From the NCBI GenBank assembly GCA_003221005.1, contig QHTZ01000052.1, positions 1 to 19,960 of the forward strand: a stretch of 19,960 nucleotides of DNA, written 5' to 3'. Shown piece by piece: positions 19,140 to 19,960 of the stretch. The translations under genes and the position numbers were made by a program. Within the stretch, counting starts at the first letter, position 1. Every line of letters begins with the position of its first letter. A model generated the notes under the pieces. It saw nothing but the letters and a program-made list of their open reading frames with translations, did not search any database and was not told the origin of the DNA. Source of the DNA: Gemmatimonadota bacterium. GTDB taxonomy: Bacteria; Gemmatimonadota; Gemmatimonadetes; Gemmatimonadales; GWC2-71-9.

Positions 19140-19735
19140 AGCTGCCTCACGTACTTTCCCAGAACGTCCGCCTCAACGTGCACGCGGTCGCCCACGGCCA
19201 GCTGCCCGAGCGTGGTGTGCTTCCCCGTGAACGGAATCACCGATATCTGCACCAGCTCGGGCCCCGGGAGCGCGTTGATCGTCATGCTCACCCCATCCAC
19301 CGTGATCGACCCCTGCGGGATCGACACCTCGCGCACTGCCGACGGCACGCGCAGGTCGTAGAGGCGGGCGTCCCCCTGCACCCCGGCCCGCACCACTTCA
19401 GCGACGCCGTCCACGTGCCCCTGCACCAAGTGGCCGCCCAACCGGTCCGCTGCGCGCACAGCCCGCTCCAGGTTCACCTGCCGCCCCGGCGCGTACTCCG
19501 CCAGGAGCGTGCGGCCCTGGGTGGTCTCCACCACGTGAACTGTGAAGCCGCCCCGCACCAAGCGCTCGATCGTGAGGCAGGCGCCGTTCACGGCAATGCT
19601 CTCACCGCGCTTCAAGCCCTTGTACGGCGCGCGGATCTCGAGCACCAGGCCGTCGTGCCCTTCCCCCTTCCCCCGTCCCCCGTCCCGTGTGGCTTTCGCC
19701 ACCCGCCCGACGGCGCTCACGATCCCGGTAAACAT
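19121..19735 (-). CDS. ribE: Riboflavin synthase (alpha chain; called ribC in E. coli nomenclature)
   Basis: N-terminal MFTGIV; GESIAVNGACLT, VNLER, RLGGHLVQGHVDG, GSITVDGVSMT, IPFT, VHVEADVLGKY. Confidence 0.96.
   Translation of the reverse strand: MFTGIVSAVGRVAKATRDGGRGKGEGHDGLVLEIRAPYKGLKRGESIAVNGACLTIERLVRGGFTVHVVETTQGRTLLAEYAPGRQVNLERAVRAADRLGGHLVQGHVDGVAEVVRAGVQGDARLYDLRVPSAVREVSIPQGSITVDGVSMTINALPGPELVQISVIPFTGKHTTLGQLAVGDRVHVEADVLGKYVRQLCRSER
19658..19688 (-). repeat. Heptamer tandem repeat (ACGGGGG/AAGGGGG units) inside ribE; G-quadruplex-capable
   Basis: Minus strand ACGGG ACGGGGG ACGGGGG AAGGGGG AAGGG: five G-runs separated by 2-nt spacers. Confidence 0.85.
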
Positions 19736-19959
19736 GGCTGCTTGTCCAATACTAGTAATGTATCAAGGCCCATGGCGCGGCGCTCCACGGGCACCCACCG
19801 CGGCGCCTCGGCGAGCGGCCTGCCGGGAACGCCCGGAAATGCCGGAACCGCGTCCTCCCCGAGCCACACCGGCGACTGGACCCAGTAGAGCCGGTCCACC
19901 AGACCGTCGACGAGGAGCTTTGTGCCGAGCGCCCCTCCCCCTTCGCATAACAGCGACTG
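19717..19959 (-). CDS. ribD: RibD deaminase/reductase, C-terminal end only (5' part outside the window)
   Basis: Frame open to the right edge: QSLLCEGGGALGTKLLVDGLVDRLYWVQSPVWLG...G.D. This is the reductase EGG / LVD...P..LG pattern, directly upstream of ribE. Confidence 0.9.
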   Translation of the reverse strand, partial: QSLLCEGGGALGTKLLVDGLVDRLYWVQSPVWLGEDAVPAFPGVPGRPLAEAPRWVPVERRAMGLDTLLVLDKQPCLPGS

Positions 19960-19960
19960 G

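Overview
Very GC-rich (roughly 70-75% by eye) core-chromosome segment. All real genes lie on the minus strand and are tightly packed, many with ATGA/GTGA overlaps. Gene content and protein style suggest Gemmatimonadota, but that is an inference. In transcription order (right to left): ribD (partial), ribE, ribBA, ribH, nusB, a GT4 glycosyltransferase broken by an internal deletion plus frameshift, hpf/raiA, hprK, mannose-family PTS IIA/IIB/IIC/IID, HPr, enzyme I, metK (single-base frameshift), ahcY, a DUF151 bifunctional nuclease and an uncharacterised membrane-anchored protein. Then come a sigma70-like promoter, a cobalamin riboswitch with terminator, btuF-btuC-btuD-btuB, a beta-propeller lipoprotein (BtuG-like candidate) and recO (partial). 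I found no mobile element, CRISPR array, tRNA or rRNA. I cannot claim a clearly new system. The best leads are the riboswitch-controlled B12 uptake operon with its BtuG-like lipoprotein and trailing recO, the readable riboswitch switching architecture, an in-frame heptamer G-run repeat inside ribE, and the two broken genes.
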